Program-made: the position numbers and the translations under genes
In this document: positions 51,501-61,196 of the stretch, piece by piece
How the letters are laid out: the number at the start of each line of letters is the position of its first letter
Numbering within the stretch: the first letter of the stretch is position 1
Origin: an uncultured Pelagibacteraceae bacterium
GTDB lineage: Bacteria > Pseudomonadota > Alphaproteobacteria > Pelagibacterales > Pelagibacteraceae
Length of the DNA: 64,000 nucleotides
Direction of reading: 5' to 3'
NCBI GenBank assembly: GCA_902633965.1
Contig: CACPID010000001.1
Coordinates: 11,845 to 75,844 of the forward strand
Notes under the pieces: model-generated
Told to the model about the DNA's origin: nothing
Databases searched by the model: none
The model's input: the letters and a program-made list of their open reading frames with translations, nothing else

Positions 51501-52699
51501 AATCTTTAGATAAAATATTTCTCCTTAAGATTATTTTTTCGTTATCACTTTCTTTTGGGGTAATTTATCTTTCATTATCATATTCAAATTGGATGGTTTT
51601 TTGGGGATTTTTAAATATTCCTGCATCAGAACCTTTTTCAGATTTTAAAGCTTTAAATATTTTTCTTGAGTATAAAAAAAACGGTTTCGATCCATATTTT
51701 AAAAACCCAACTAGCGATCCTATACACGCTGTTTTGATATATCCATCAATTTGGTTACATATTTTTGATTATCTGGATCTTAATAAAGATTCAAACTTTA
51801 AAATAGCTACATTCTTAATACTCTTTACTTATTTCTTTGTGCTGATTGACTTATTATTTAGAATTGAAAACAAGGTTTTTAAATTTTTATTAATAATTTT
51901 TTTTTTCTCAACATCGAATTTTTTATTAATCGAAAGATTAAATATAGAAATAATATTATTTTGTTTAATTTATTTTGCATTAATTAATAAGTCTTTTTTG
52001 AAACAATTTTTGTTTTATTCATTAGCATTGATTCTTAAAATATTTCCGATTTTCTCTATTTTTATGTTTATAGAAAAAAAAAAAAATTTCTTATTTGTTC
52101 TAATTTTTTCGGTTTTTTATCTTTTTTTGTTTAGAGAGGAAATATCTTTAATTAAAAACAATGTTATAGAATATGCATTAATATTTGCTTATGGTTCACT
52201 TTCAATTAGTAAAGCAATATATTTTTATTCTACTAAGTTTGACTTAATTATTAATGAAGAAAATTATTTTATTTTTAAGAACTTATTAATATTTATAATA
52301 GGCGCAATATCAGCAACAATTGTTTTTGTTAATTTTAGTTTAAATAAAAAAAAAAAAGAATTTAACATTTCTTTAAATGAAATAATGTTATTAGCAGGAG
52401 GTGGTATTTATATTGGTACTTTTATATTTTCTACAAATATTGACTATAGGTTGGTCTTTTTGATTTTAACAATACCTTATATTCTTAATACTGAAAAAAA
52501 ATATTTTGCTTCGTCTTATGTTATTTGCTTAATTATATGCTTTAATAGCTTATTTTTCGAAGGTGGAGATAGCTATAGTAAAATTTATTTTTTGAAAGCA
52601 TCAATTATTTATCTAATGAAATTTGTGATCCTTTTTTTTAATTGTTATTTTTTTGGAAAAATTTGTGGTAAATTTGTTAGTTTAAATTTTAAGCATTAG
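51497..52699 (+). CDS. Polytopic membrane protein, putative GT-C glycosyltransferase
   Basis: About ten TM segments; periplasmic loop F.DF...YP..W; ERLNIE, LKIFP and DYRL, reminiscent of GT87/DUF2029. Confidence 0.55.
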   Translation: MKSLDKIFLLKIIFSLSLSFGVIYLSLSYSNWMVFWGFLNIPASEPFSDFKALNIFLEYKKNGFDPYFKNPTSDPIHAVLIYPSIWLHIFDYLDLNKDSNFKIATFLILFTYFFVLIDLLFRIENKVFKFLLIIFFFSTSNFLLIERLNIEIILFCLIYFALINKSFLKQFLFYSLALILKIFPIFSIFMFIEKKKNFLFVLIFSVFYLFLFREEISLIKNNVIEYALIFAYGSLSISKAIYFYSTKFDLIINEENYFIFKNLLIFIIGAISATIVFVNFSLNKKKKEFNISLNEIMLLAGGGIYIGTFIFSTNIDYRLVFLILTIPYILNTEKKYFASSYVICLIICFNSLFFEGGDSYSKIYFLKASIIYLMKFVILFFNCYFFGKICGKFVSLNFKH

Positions 52700-52723
52700 A
52701 AAAAAATTTATAATTAGTCAATT

Positions 52724-53365
52724 ATGAAGTTATTCAAAATAATATTTTTAAATATAGGTAATTATGGAATAATTGAGTATATAAAAATGTTTTTTTTTGA
52801 GGCATTTTATTTAATGAATAGTGAATATAGAAAACACTTTTTTCATGATGAAAGCGCAACTAATTCCTATGAGGAGATTGATATAAATGATAAGTCATTA
52901 ATATTCGATGGATCATATAATCCAACACCCATATATCACTTAAAACTTATAGAAAAATTTTTAAAACAAAAAAATCTATCAAATTATACTTTTATTGACT
53001 TTGGCTGTGGAGCCGGTAGAGCCACATATTTTTTTAGAAAAATGTTTAAAAAAATAATTGGTATTGATTTTAATGAAAAATATAAAAAATATTTTAATAA
53101 TCAAATCTTTCTTATTAGAGATATTAGGAGAATTAAGTCGTTAGAAGATTTATCTATTTTAAAAAATGATGAAAATTTTGTTCTTTTTTTTTATAGACCT
53201 ATAGAAGATGACTCCCTTTTTAAAATTATTGAATTATTCAATAATAAAAGAAGCTATATTATTACGATTAATGTAAAAAAAAATAATTCTTTCAAATTCT
53301 CAGTCCTTTATGAAAAATTTTTTTCTGATAAAAATAGAAATATAATTATTTACTCAAATTTTTAA
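52724..53365 (+). CDS. Class I SAM-dependent methyltransferase
   Basis: YNPTP and FIDFGCGAGR. Confidence 0.78.
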   Translation: MKLFKIIFLNIGNYGIIEYIKMFFFEAFYLMNSEYRKHFFHDESATNSYEEIDINDKSLIFDGSYNPTPIYHLKLIEKFLKQKNLSNYTFIDFGCGAGRATYFFRKMFKKIIGIDFNEKYKKYFNNQIFLIRDIRRIKSLEDLSILKNDENFVLFFYRPIEDDSLFKIIELFNNKRSYIITINVKKNNSFKFSVLYEKFFSDKNRNIIIYSNF

Positions 53366-54058
53366 TTTCATAAATAAAATTTTTAAAAACCAAGGTATAT
53401 AATAAATTATCGTCTTGTATTTAAATTTACTTTCTCCAAATTTTCTTATTGGTGACTTGCTTGGTACCTCAGTTATTTTATAACCTTTACAGTAGGCCTT
53501 TGCTAGAAGCTCAATCGCAAACGTGAAGCCGTTTTTAGATTCTATTGGAAATTTTTTTATTATTTCTTTTGAAAATAATCTAAATCCATTTGTAGGGTCA
53601 ACAGTCCCTAAATTTGTAAATTTTTTTAGAGTCATTGATACGACATTAACAAGAAATTGCTTAATAAAAGGCTCTTTTGTTTGATTATAATCCCCACCTT
53701 TCATTAAACGACTTGCACATACTATATCATGACCGTTTTGAAATTTTTCGTACATATGATTTATTACATCATAATTTTGATGGTCCTCAGCTGTATATAA
53801 TATTACTGAATCAGCATTAGAATTTTCAAAAGCTGTTCTCATTGCTCCGTTTAAACCCTGATATTTATTTTTAATTAAAAAGATCCTTGTATCATCAAAC
53901 TTTTTTTTTATTACATTTAGAGTTGGATCGCTATCAAAATCATATACAATTGTAATCTTAAAATTTGGTTTTGTAATTTTAATAATATTTGAGAGTGTCT
54001 CAAAAATATTATCTTGTTCGTTATACACCGGAATAATGATTTCTAATTCACATTTCAT
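53354..54058 (-). CDS. GT2 polyprenol-phosphate glycosyltransferase-like protein
   Basis: IIIPVYNE, ASR, DPTNGFR and RKFGESKF; DxD is altered (TAED). Confidence 0.82.
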   Translation of the reverse strand: MKCELEIIIPVYNEQDNIFETLSNIIKITKPNFKITIVYDFDSDPTLNVIKKKFDDTRIFLIKNKYQGLNGAMRTAFENSNADSVILYTAEDHQNYDVINHMYEKFQNGHDIVCASRLMKGGDYNQTKEPFIKQFLVNVVSMTLKKFTNLGTVDPTNGFRLFSKEIIKKFPIESKNGFTFAIELLAKAYCKGYKITEVPSKSPIRKFGESKFKYKTIIYYIPWFLKILFMKLKI

Positions 54059-54116
54059 CTATTGATAATCAAATTGATACTGAGTATATACTATCATTAC
54101 TATATTCATATAATTT

Positions 54117-55376
54117 ATGATTAAGCTAGACAAAAAATTTGGTAGAGTAAACTATTGTCACGTATGCAATTCAAAAAAACTCAGTTGTGTTGTCAAAATT
54201 GGCTCAACAGGCCTATGTGATAGTCTACTTACAAAAAAACAATTAAGTAAACATAGTGAAAAAAGTTATCCATTAAATCTTTATAGGTGTAAAAAATGCC
54301 ATCTTTTACAGTTAGATTATATTGTAAATAATAAAAAAGTTTTTCATAAAAAATATCCTTACAAAAGTGGAATTACAAAAAGACTAAAAGAATTACTTTT
54401 TGCCAATAGCGAATATTTATTTAAAAATTTTAAATTTTCACAAAAACCTTTAGCAATAGATATTGGATCTAACGATGGCACTTTACTTGAGGGTTATAGA
54501 AAAAAAAATTTCTCAGTATTAGGTATTGAACCAACAAATATTGCAAATTTAGCAAATCAAAGAGGTATAAAAACAATAAAAAGGTTTTTTGATTTAAAAA
54601 CAGCAAAAATTATAAAAAATAAATTTAAAAAAGCTGAAGTTATAACTGGCACAAATATATTTGCACATGTCAATAAGCTAAATTCATTTGTTAAAGGTGT
54701 TAAAATGTTATTGGATGAGAAAAAAGGTTTATTTGTAACCGAGTCTCATTACGCAGTAGATATTGTCGACGATTTGCAATACGACTCAATATATCATGAA
54801 CATTTAAGATTTTATCTTTTAAAGCCATTAAAAGTTCTTATGGAAAATTATGGCTTTAAGGTAATTGATGCTGTTCGTATACCAAATTATGCCGGCTCAA
54901 TCAGAGTTATTGCTACATTAAATCATAAAATAAAGTCGAAACCTAGCGTTAATAAAATATTAAATATGGAAAAAAAAAGAGGTTTCTATAGTGAAAAAAA
55001 ATATAAAAAATTTGCTAAAGATATTTTTAAAAGCAGAAATCAGATTATCAAATTACTTAAGAAACTTAAAAACAAAAGTAAAAGCATAGTTGGCATTGGA
55101 TGCCCAGGCAGATCTATTACTCTTTTAGCTTTTTGCAATATAAATGATAAAATATTTGATTATATTGCAGAACAAAAATCTTCATTAAAACTTAATCTTT
55201 ACACACCCAATACACATTTGAAAATAATAGATGAAAAAAATTTCTTTAGACAACAACCAGACTATGCATTTTTATTATCTTGGCATTATCAAAAAAGTAT
55301 TATGAAAAATTTAAGAAAAAAAGGTTTTAAAGGGAAATTTATTATTCCATTACCCTATCCTAGGATAGTTAACTAA
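54117..55376 (+). CDS. NDP-sugar C-methyltransferase (Zn finger plus SAM domain)
   Basis: CHVC...CKKC Zn site, DIGSNDG, YDSIYHEH and IIPLP. Confidence 0.85.
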   Translation: MIKLDKKFGRVNYCHVCNSKKLSCVVKIGSTGLCDSLLTKKQLSKHSEKSYPLNLYRCKKCHLLQLDYIVNNKKVFHKKYPYKSGITKRLKELLFANSEYLFKNFKFSQKPLAIDIGSNDGTLLEGYRKKNFSVLGIEPTNIANLANQRGIKTIKRFFDLKTAKIIKNKFKKAEVITGTNIFAHVNKLNSFVKGVKMLLDEKKGLFVTESHYAVDIVDDLQYDSIYHEHLRFYLLKPLKVLMENYGFKVIDAVRIPNYAGSIRVIATLNHKIKSKPSVNKILNMEKKRGFYSEKKYKKFAKDIFKSRNQIIKLLKKLKNKSKSIVGIGCPGRSITLLAFCNINDKIFDYIAEQKSSLKLNLYTPNTHLKIIDEKNFFRQQPDYAFLLSWHYQKSIMKNLRKKGFKGKFIIPLPYPRIVN

Positions 55377-56466
55377 CTTGATAAAAATTTTTTATTTTTC
55401 TAATTACAGTTAATTGATCCTTTTTTTTCATTAAAAAAGACGATGGTAACCACATAATTTTATTTTCAATTTTTTTTGTATTTTTAAAACTTGAATGTTT
55501 TTGATTTGAGTAAAAATTTCTTTTACTTAAAGGAAACCAAAATTTTCTACAAATAATATTATTTTTCTTTAAGTAATTATAAAGTTTATTTCTCCGATCA
55601 CATACAACGTCAGTCCACAAAGGTAACTCTTTATTATTAACATCAAACTTTAGTATTTTAAATTGTTTAAAATTTAGATTTTTTTTATAAATTTTATAAT
55701 TCTGTATAAGTTTTTTTTTCCTTTTATATATATAGCTTAATTGACTTAATGCTAAACCGGCACTGATATTTGAAAGTTTAAAATTTCCTCCTTTCGATAT
55801 ATGTAAGTCATCTCCACCAGAAGTAATACCTACTCTACCTTGTGTTTTAAATACCTTAATTTTGTCAAAGTATTTTTTATTATTTGTGACAAGCAAACCT
55901 CCTTGACCTGATGTAAATATTTTATTTGGTGATAAAGAGAAACATCCCATATCGCCAATGGTTCCTAAATATTTTTTTTTATTTTTTGATAAGAAAGCTT
56001 CTGCTGCATCCTCAATCACCTTAATTTTTTTTTTCTTTGCAATTTTAATAATATTTGTCATGTCACATGATCTTCCAGAAATATGAACTGGCATAATAAC
56101 TTTAGTTTTTTTATTAATTTTTTTTTTTAAATCGTTAATATCAATATTTAATGTTTCTGTATTAACGTCTACGAGTACAACCTTTGCACTGGCCATGCTT
56201 ACTGCATTTGCTGTGGCTGCAAAAGTAATATTTGGAACAATAACTTCATCATCACTTTTTAAATTTAAAATTTTTAGAGCCACAAACATAGCACTTGTCC
56301 CACTAGGTAGTGCAGTACAAAATTTTACTTGTAAAATTTTTTTTACTTTATCTTCAAGTTTTTTTACGTATTCGCCCTCATTTGGATAATTTAATGAAAA
56401 TATTTTTTTCTGGTATTCATAATCCTTATTACCAACATCTGTTTCCCAAAAAGGTATTTTTTTCAT
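55369..56466 (-). CDS. DegT/DnrJ/EryC1 sugar aminotransferase
   Basis: SGTSA, EDAAEA and FSLSPNK..TSGQGG. Confidence 0.88.
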   Translation of the reverse strand: MKKIPFWETDVGNKDYEYQKKIFSLNYPNEGEYVKKLEDKVKKILQVKFCTALPSGTSAMFVALKILNLKSDDEVIVPNITFAATANAVSMASAKVVLVDVNTETLNIDINDLKKKINKKTKVIMPVHISGRSCDMTNIIKIAKKKKIKVIEDAAEAFLSKNKKKYLGTIGDMGCFSLSPNKIFTSGQGGLLVTNNKKYFDKIKVFKTQGRVGITSGGDDLHISKGGNFKLSNISAGLALSQLSYIYKRKKKLIQNYKIYKKNLNFKQFKILKFDVNNKELPLWTDVVCDRRNKLYNYLKKNNIICRKFWFPLSKRNFYSNQKHSSFKNTKKIENKIMWLPSSFLMKKKDQLTVIRKIKNFYQVS

Positions 56467-56467
56467 A

Positions 56468-58285
56468 TTAATTTTTTTTTATTATAGTTCTATTACCTAT
56501 TTTATTAAATAAATCATAATTAGCATTTAAATATTTATATACATAAGGGTATCTTATTTTGGGATCAATCCCCCACGCATCGTACCTTCCACCAATAATA
56601 ATATATTCAGTATTTTTAACATTTAATTCATTAATTAAGTTCATTTGGGTATAATTCGAGCCTACAGCAAAAATTAGATTGTATCTTGTACAAGATTTCT
56701 TTTTAAGTAAGTAATTCATAGCAGGCTCATAATTAAAAACCTGTATACAATTTGAGGCATTTAGGAAATTTTTTGAGCTATTCACAAAATTCTTATCACT
56801 CGTCTCCAAAAAGAATTCGTCATCAGCAGTGATTAGTTTTTTTAAGTTATTATTAAAATTTTTAATATTATTAAAGTCTAAAAAATTAAATAATAATAAA
56901 ATAAAAAAAAATATTGGAGTATAAAAATATAATGACTTTAAATATTTATTTATGAAAATTTTTTTGTCTATTATAATTGTAAATGAAAAAATTAAAAAAC
57001 TTAAAAATTGTATATATCCTAAAGCAATACCTTGTTTTAAATGACCTCCGTCGGATCTAGAAAGACCTGTTTTATAAAATACTAAACTTTCAATAAAAAA
57101 TAATATCGAAAAAATTTTAAAATTATCACTGGTCCTCTTATTGTTAATGTAAAGAAGAGAAATTAAAAAAATACCATTAATTAACAAAATCAATAGATTC
57201 TTTGTAGCTCTTGAACTATCAGCCATATCTGAAAATGGTCCTGGATGGATGAGGCCGTTTAAAGCCTCTGTATATTTTGCTATTTCGATTGAATTTTTTA
57301 TAAATAGTTTAAATTCCTCTTCTCCAATAATTAAATATAAACTAATCCAAGATAGAATTATAAAAATTACAAACCAAAAAAGCCATTTATATTTTTTTAA
57401 TAAAAAAAAAGTTATTAATAAAAAAATATACAAAAAATTTAAATATAATCCTTTTTCAATACTTAGTAATATTGAAAACGGTGATAGAATTCCTAAAATT
57501 AAAACTTTAAAGTAAAAAGGGTCACTTCTTTTGACCAAAAGTATAATTATTAAAGATAAAGAAATAATAATCGGAATATCTCTAAAATTTATGTAATTTG
57601 AATTTAAAAGGTATATTGAAATTATAAAGAAAGGAATTAAACATATTATCCTGATGTATTTTTCTATATTAATTAAAATAATTAAATTGTAAAAAAAAAA
57701 AATTAAAAAAAATTTCGTAAGAAGATTTAAAAAATCAATAAACATTCTTGTTGAACCAATTGATACTTGGTCGAAAATATTCCAAGAAATAGGGGATAAA
57801 AGAACATCAACAAATAAACCAGTTACTATAAAATTATCACTCCATAATTTACCTGTTTTTATAAAATTAAAACCACCACCCAAATACTGCCCCTCATGGA
57901 AAAGATCTAGCTTATGAAATGTAAAGTCCTTTGATAAAAAAAAACAAACTATTAAAAATAAAAAAGAAATTGTGAAAATAATAGCATCCTTATTTTGTGT
58001 ATTAGATGAATTATTCTTATTTTGAAATATATCTAAAAAATTTTTCAACAATTTTTTTTGGAAAAAAAAACAATTTAAAATGAAAACAAATAAAGGAATA
58101 GATATAAATATAATAAATCTAATAGTATCATTTAAATGATGGTGATTATTATTTGAATAAACCCCAATTACTTCTGCACTATTTTTATAAGGTAAACTTA
58201 TGTTATTCCATAATAAAGTTATAATAGTAACACTAATTAAAATAGTAAGAAAGCTCGATAAATAAAACTTACTATCTTTGCTCAT
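56468..58285 (-). CDS. Large polytopic membrane protein, putative GT-C glycosyltransferase
   Basis: More than ten TM segments; DLFHEG loop after the early TMs, RSDGGH and a C-terminal soluble domain. Confidence 0.55.
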   Translation of the reverse strand: MSKDSKFYLSSFLTILISVTIITLLWNNISLPYKNSAEVIGVYSNNNHHHLNDTIRFIIFISIPLFVFILNCFFFQKKLLKNFLDIFQNKNNSSNTQNKDAIIFTISFLFLIVCFFLSKDFTFHKLDLFHEGQYLGGGFNFIKTGKLWSDNFIVTGLFVDVLLSPISWNIFDQVSIGSTRMFIDFLNLLTKFFLIFFFYNLIILINIEKYIRIICLIPFFIISIYLLNSNYINFRDIPIIISLSLIIILLVKRSDPFYFKVLILGILSPFSILLSIEKGLYLNFLYIFLLITFFLLKKYKWLFWFVIFIILSWISLYLIIGEEEFKLFIKNSIEIAKYTEALNGLIHPGPFSDMADSSRATKNLLILLINGIFLISLLYINNKRTSDNFKIFSILFFIESLVFYKTGLSRSDGGHLKQGIALGYIQFLSFLIFSFTIIIDKKIFINKYLKSLYFYTPIFFFILLLFNFLDFNNIKNFNNNLKKLITADDEFFLETSDKNFVNSSKNFLNASNCIQVFNYEPAMNYLLKKKSCTRYNLIFAVGSNYTQMNLINELNVKNTEYIIIGGRYDAWGIDPKIRYPYVYKYLNANYDLFNKIGNRTIIKKN

Positions 58286-59058
58286 TTAATATAAGCTTTT
58301 ACATTACCAACTTTGTTAATGTTTCCAACATAAAGGCCCTTTCCAACTATTGGGACAACTCCAACAGTCGAACCTGTAAATACATAAAAATCTTTATCTA
58401 GAATAATTTTATCTTTTTTTAATTTATTTAAAACAAATCTTAATGAATTAAGTGGATTTATATAAACAGTATTTGTATTTCCGAAAGTTTTATGTTTATG
58501 ATTTAAATTTTCGATTACTGTCTTACAATTTCTAATATTTATCTTTTTATATTTTTTTTTCTTTCCCAGTACAAATTTTATATTGCCACCAAAATCACTA
58601 CATAAATCACCAAAAGATTTAATTCCTTTTTTTTTCTGTCTGTAACCAACTAGTTCAATACTTGGAGCAATATGAGAAATAAATTTATTAATATTTTTTT
58701 TTGTTATTATTTTTTTATAATTAAAAAATTCTTTTTTTATAAGATAAGAAACTTCTAGTTCTATACCCAAAGTTGATTTATTTTTTGAAATTGTGCTTCC
58801 ATTTTTTAGTAAATTTCTTTTATAAACTGATGCATAGAAAGGTTCCTTTTCTTTTAATTTTTTCATTACAGCTAGCGCAGTTCCGCCAGCTTTAAAACCA
58901 ATAATTGGTAAATTAATTTTACTTTCGCAAATTTTTCTAAATTTATCAGCTTCGATTAATTTTTTTGTATATCTAGAGGGCAGTGGAGATATTATTTTAT
59001 TTTTCAAAAAAGCTTTTACTAATCTATCACTTAATTTATCTGAAGCAGTTTTTTTCAT
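58282..59058 (-). CDS. FAH-fold 2-keto-4-pentenoate hydratase-like protein
   Basis: GFKAGGT, IELEV, PSIELV, NPLNSL and TGS. Confidence 0.7.
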   Translation of the reverse strand: MKKTASDKLSDRLVKAFLKNKIISPLPSRYTKKLIEADKFRKICESKINLPIIGFKAGGTALAVMKKLKEKEPFYASVYKRNLLKNGSTISKNKSTLGIELEVSYLIKKEFFNYKKIITKKNINKFISHIAPSIELVGYRQKKKGIKSFGDLCSDFGGNIKFVLGKKKKYKKINIRNCKTVIENLNHKHKTFGNTNTVYINPLNSLRFVLNKLKKDKIILDKDFYVFTGSTVGVVPIVGKGLYVGNINKVGNVKAYIK

Positions 59059-59864
59059 TAATTAATCTCCAATACTGTTGCGGGATCTAATCGTACATTA
59101 AACCAATTTAACCTAATATCTAAATGGGGTCCTGTAGACCTACCACTAGATCCAACAGTTCCAATTATATCACCTTGTTTAACAATATCACCTTTTTCTA
59201 CAAATATTTTATCCATGTGCATGTACAATGTGGATATTCCATGCCCATGGTCAAATATTAAAGTTGCTCCCGTATAATATAAATCTTGCTCTGCTAGAGT
59301 TACAATTCCATCAGCCATAGCTTTTATTGGTGCACCCAAATCCCCAGCAAAATCTAATCCATAATGTGGCCAACGTGGTTTACCATTAAGTATCCTCTGA
59401 CTACCATATACTCCAGTGATAATTGCATTATCTAGCGGCTTAATAAATTTTTCTTTAAAAAAGACTAAATTACTATTAACGGATCTAGCTTTACCTATTA
59501 ATTTATTCTCATTTTTAATTCTTTCATATACCTCCTCAGGAGGTGTTACTTTTTTTTTATCTAACCCATCAATCCTTTGTATTTTGTATTCTCTTTTAAA
59601 AACTTTTTTAATGATTTTTTTATCCTCTCCATTTAAACTTTTTACAATTAGAACATCATTTTTCCTGTCTCGTCCTAAACCAAAAGCAAAAAACCCATCT
59701 TCTGTTACTTTAATTTTTTTTTTATCAATTGTTATTTGAGCACCAGGATCAGTTTTACCAATAATAAAATGACCTTGAATGAATTTTCCCTTGAATTCAA
59801 CCGCTTCAACGGCTGATGTCAAAAATGCTAAAAACAATAAAATCTTAATTATTTTGCTGTCCAT
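59058..59864 (-). CDS. M23 family metallopeptidase
   Basis: HYGLD, DHGHG and STGPHLD. Confidence 0.92.
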   Translation of the reverse strand: MDSKIIKILLFLAFLTSAVEAVEFKGKFIQGHFIIGKTDPGAQITIDKKKIKVTEDGFFAFGLGRDRKNDVLIVKSLNGEDKKIIKKVFKREYKIQRIDGLDKKKVTPPEEVYERIKNENKLIGKARSVNSNLVFFKEKFIKPLDNAIITGVYGSQRILNGKPRWPHYGLDFAGDLGAPIKAMADGIVTLAEQDLYYTGATLIFDHGHGISTLYMHMDKIFVEKGDIVKQGDIIGTVGSSGRSTGPHLDIRLNWFNVRLDPATVLEIN

Positions 59865-60616
59865 CCACCATCAACTAACAAAGAGGTTCCATTAATCATT
59901 GATGCAGCATCTGATGCTAAAAAGACTGCTGCACTTGCAACATCGGAAAGCTCAGCAAATCTTCCAAGTGGAATATTTCCTAAAACTTCCCTTTTGAATT
60001 TTTTACTTTTTAGAAATTTTTTTGTCATTGGCGTCACTACAAAAGTAGGACAAACTGTATTTACTCTAATATTATATTTTGCTAAATCAATGGACATACC
60101 TTTTGTCAAACCCTCAAGACCAAATTTGGTCATATTATAAACGCTTCTTATAGGTCCACCAACATGGCCCATTTGTGAAGACATGTTTACAATTGCTCCA
60201 CCAACTTTTTTTCTATTTTTAAGTTTAATCATTTTTAAAGTGCAAAGTTGAGCAAGATTGAAGGCAGCAATAGTATTAACTTTGACCAAATACTCCATAT
60301 TTTTTCTTTTAACTTTTGTAAAATGTTCTGGAATATTATTACCTGCATTATTTATAAGAATATCTATTCTCGACTGCTTATTAATAAAATTTTTTAAATG
60401 ATCATAATTAGTTATGTCACAGACAAACGACTTGCATTTTACTTTTAATTTCTTGATTTTTTTTGAAACCTCATCAAGATCTTTCTTAGTTCTACTAATA
60501 ATAATTAGATTACAACCTGCTTCCGCTAGAGCAATGGCACAAGCTCTACCCAGACCCTTGCCAGCACCAGATACTAAAGCAATCTTATTTCTTAAGTTAT
60601 ATTTTTTTAAAAACAT
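59849..60616 (-). CDS. SDR oxidoreductase, possibly HpsO-like DHPS dehydrogenase
   Basis: SGAGKGLG, NNAG, SSQMGHVG..R..YNMTK and CPTF; substrate inferred only. Confidence 0.8.
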   Translation of the reverse strand: MFLKKYNLRNKIALVSGAGKGLGRACAIALAEAGCNLIIISRTKKDLDEVSKKIKKLKVKCKSFVCDITNYDHLKNFINKQSRIDILINNAGNNIPEHFTKVKRKNMEYLVKVNTIAAFNLAQLCTLKMIKLKNRKKVGGAIVNMSSQMGHVGGPIRSVYNMTKFGLEGLTKGMSIDLAKYNIRVNTVCPTFVVTPMTKKFLKSKKFKREVLGNIPLGRFAELSDVASAAVFLASDAASMINGTSLLVDGGWTAK

Positions 60617-60617
60617 T

Positions 60618-61196
60618 TTATAAAACAAGTATTTTTAAATCAGTATAAATCAAATCAATAGCCACTGCCAGTATAGCAATTAATCCAACCCATCCAATCC
60701 ACGCATATTTTTTTATCCATCCAGAAATTAGCGTTGCAGCCGTTGCCATTAGAATTATTGATAATACTAAACCAAAAATTAATAAACCATAATGATCTTT
60801 TGCAGCTCCTGCTACACCTAAAACGTTATCTAAGCTCATAGTAAAATCTGCTAAAAGAACTGTCCAAATTGCTTTTAAAAAACTTGAACTATCAACTTTA
60901 ATATTTTCACTTTCATTAGACGATTTTTTAATTACATCGACATAAAGTTTATAGCATATGTACAATAGTGCTATTCCTCCTATTAATCTTAATCCTGTAA
61001 TTTGCAGAAGATAAGCCGTCAATAATGTTAAAATAATTCTTAAAAGAACAGCACCACCTATACCCCAAAAAATAATTTTTTTCCTTTGCTCGGTTGGAAA
61101 TTGGGATGCAACCATTCCAATTATAATTGCGTTATCACCAGCAAGAACTAGATCAATAAATACAATTTGAGAAAAAATTATTATTTGTTCATTCAT
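60618..61196 (-). CDS. TerC/YjbE family membrane protein
   Basis: [12 protein letters not shown] and [15 protein letters not shown]. Confidence 0.9.
   Translation of the reverse strand: MNEQIIIFSQIVFIDLVLAGDNAIIIGMVASQFPTEQRKKIIFWGIGGAVLLRIILTLLTAYLLQITGLRLIGGIALLYICYKLYVDVIKKSSNESENIKVDSSSFLKAIWTVLLADFTMSLDNVLGVAGAAKDHYGLLIFGLVLSIILMATAATLISGWIKKYAWIGWVGLIAILAVAIDLIYTDLKILVL

Noticed and set aside
48723-58285. Glycan cassette as a mobile element or prophage
   Set aside because: No integrase, transposase, phage genes, tRNA or terminal repeats.
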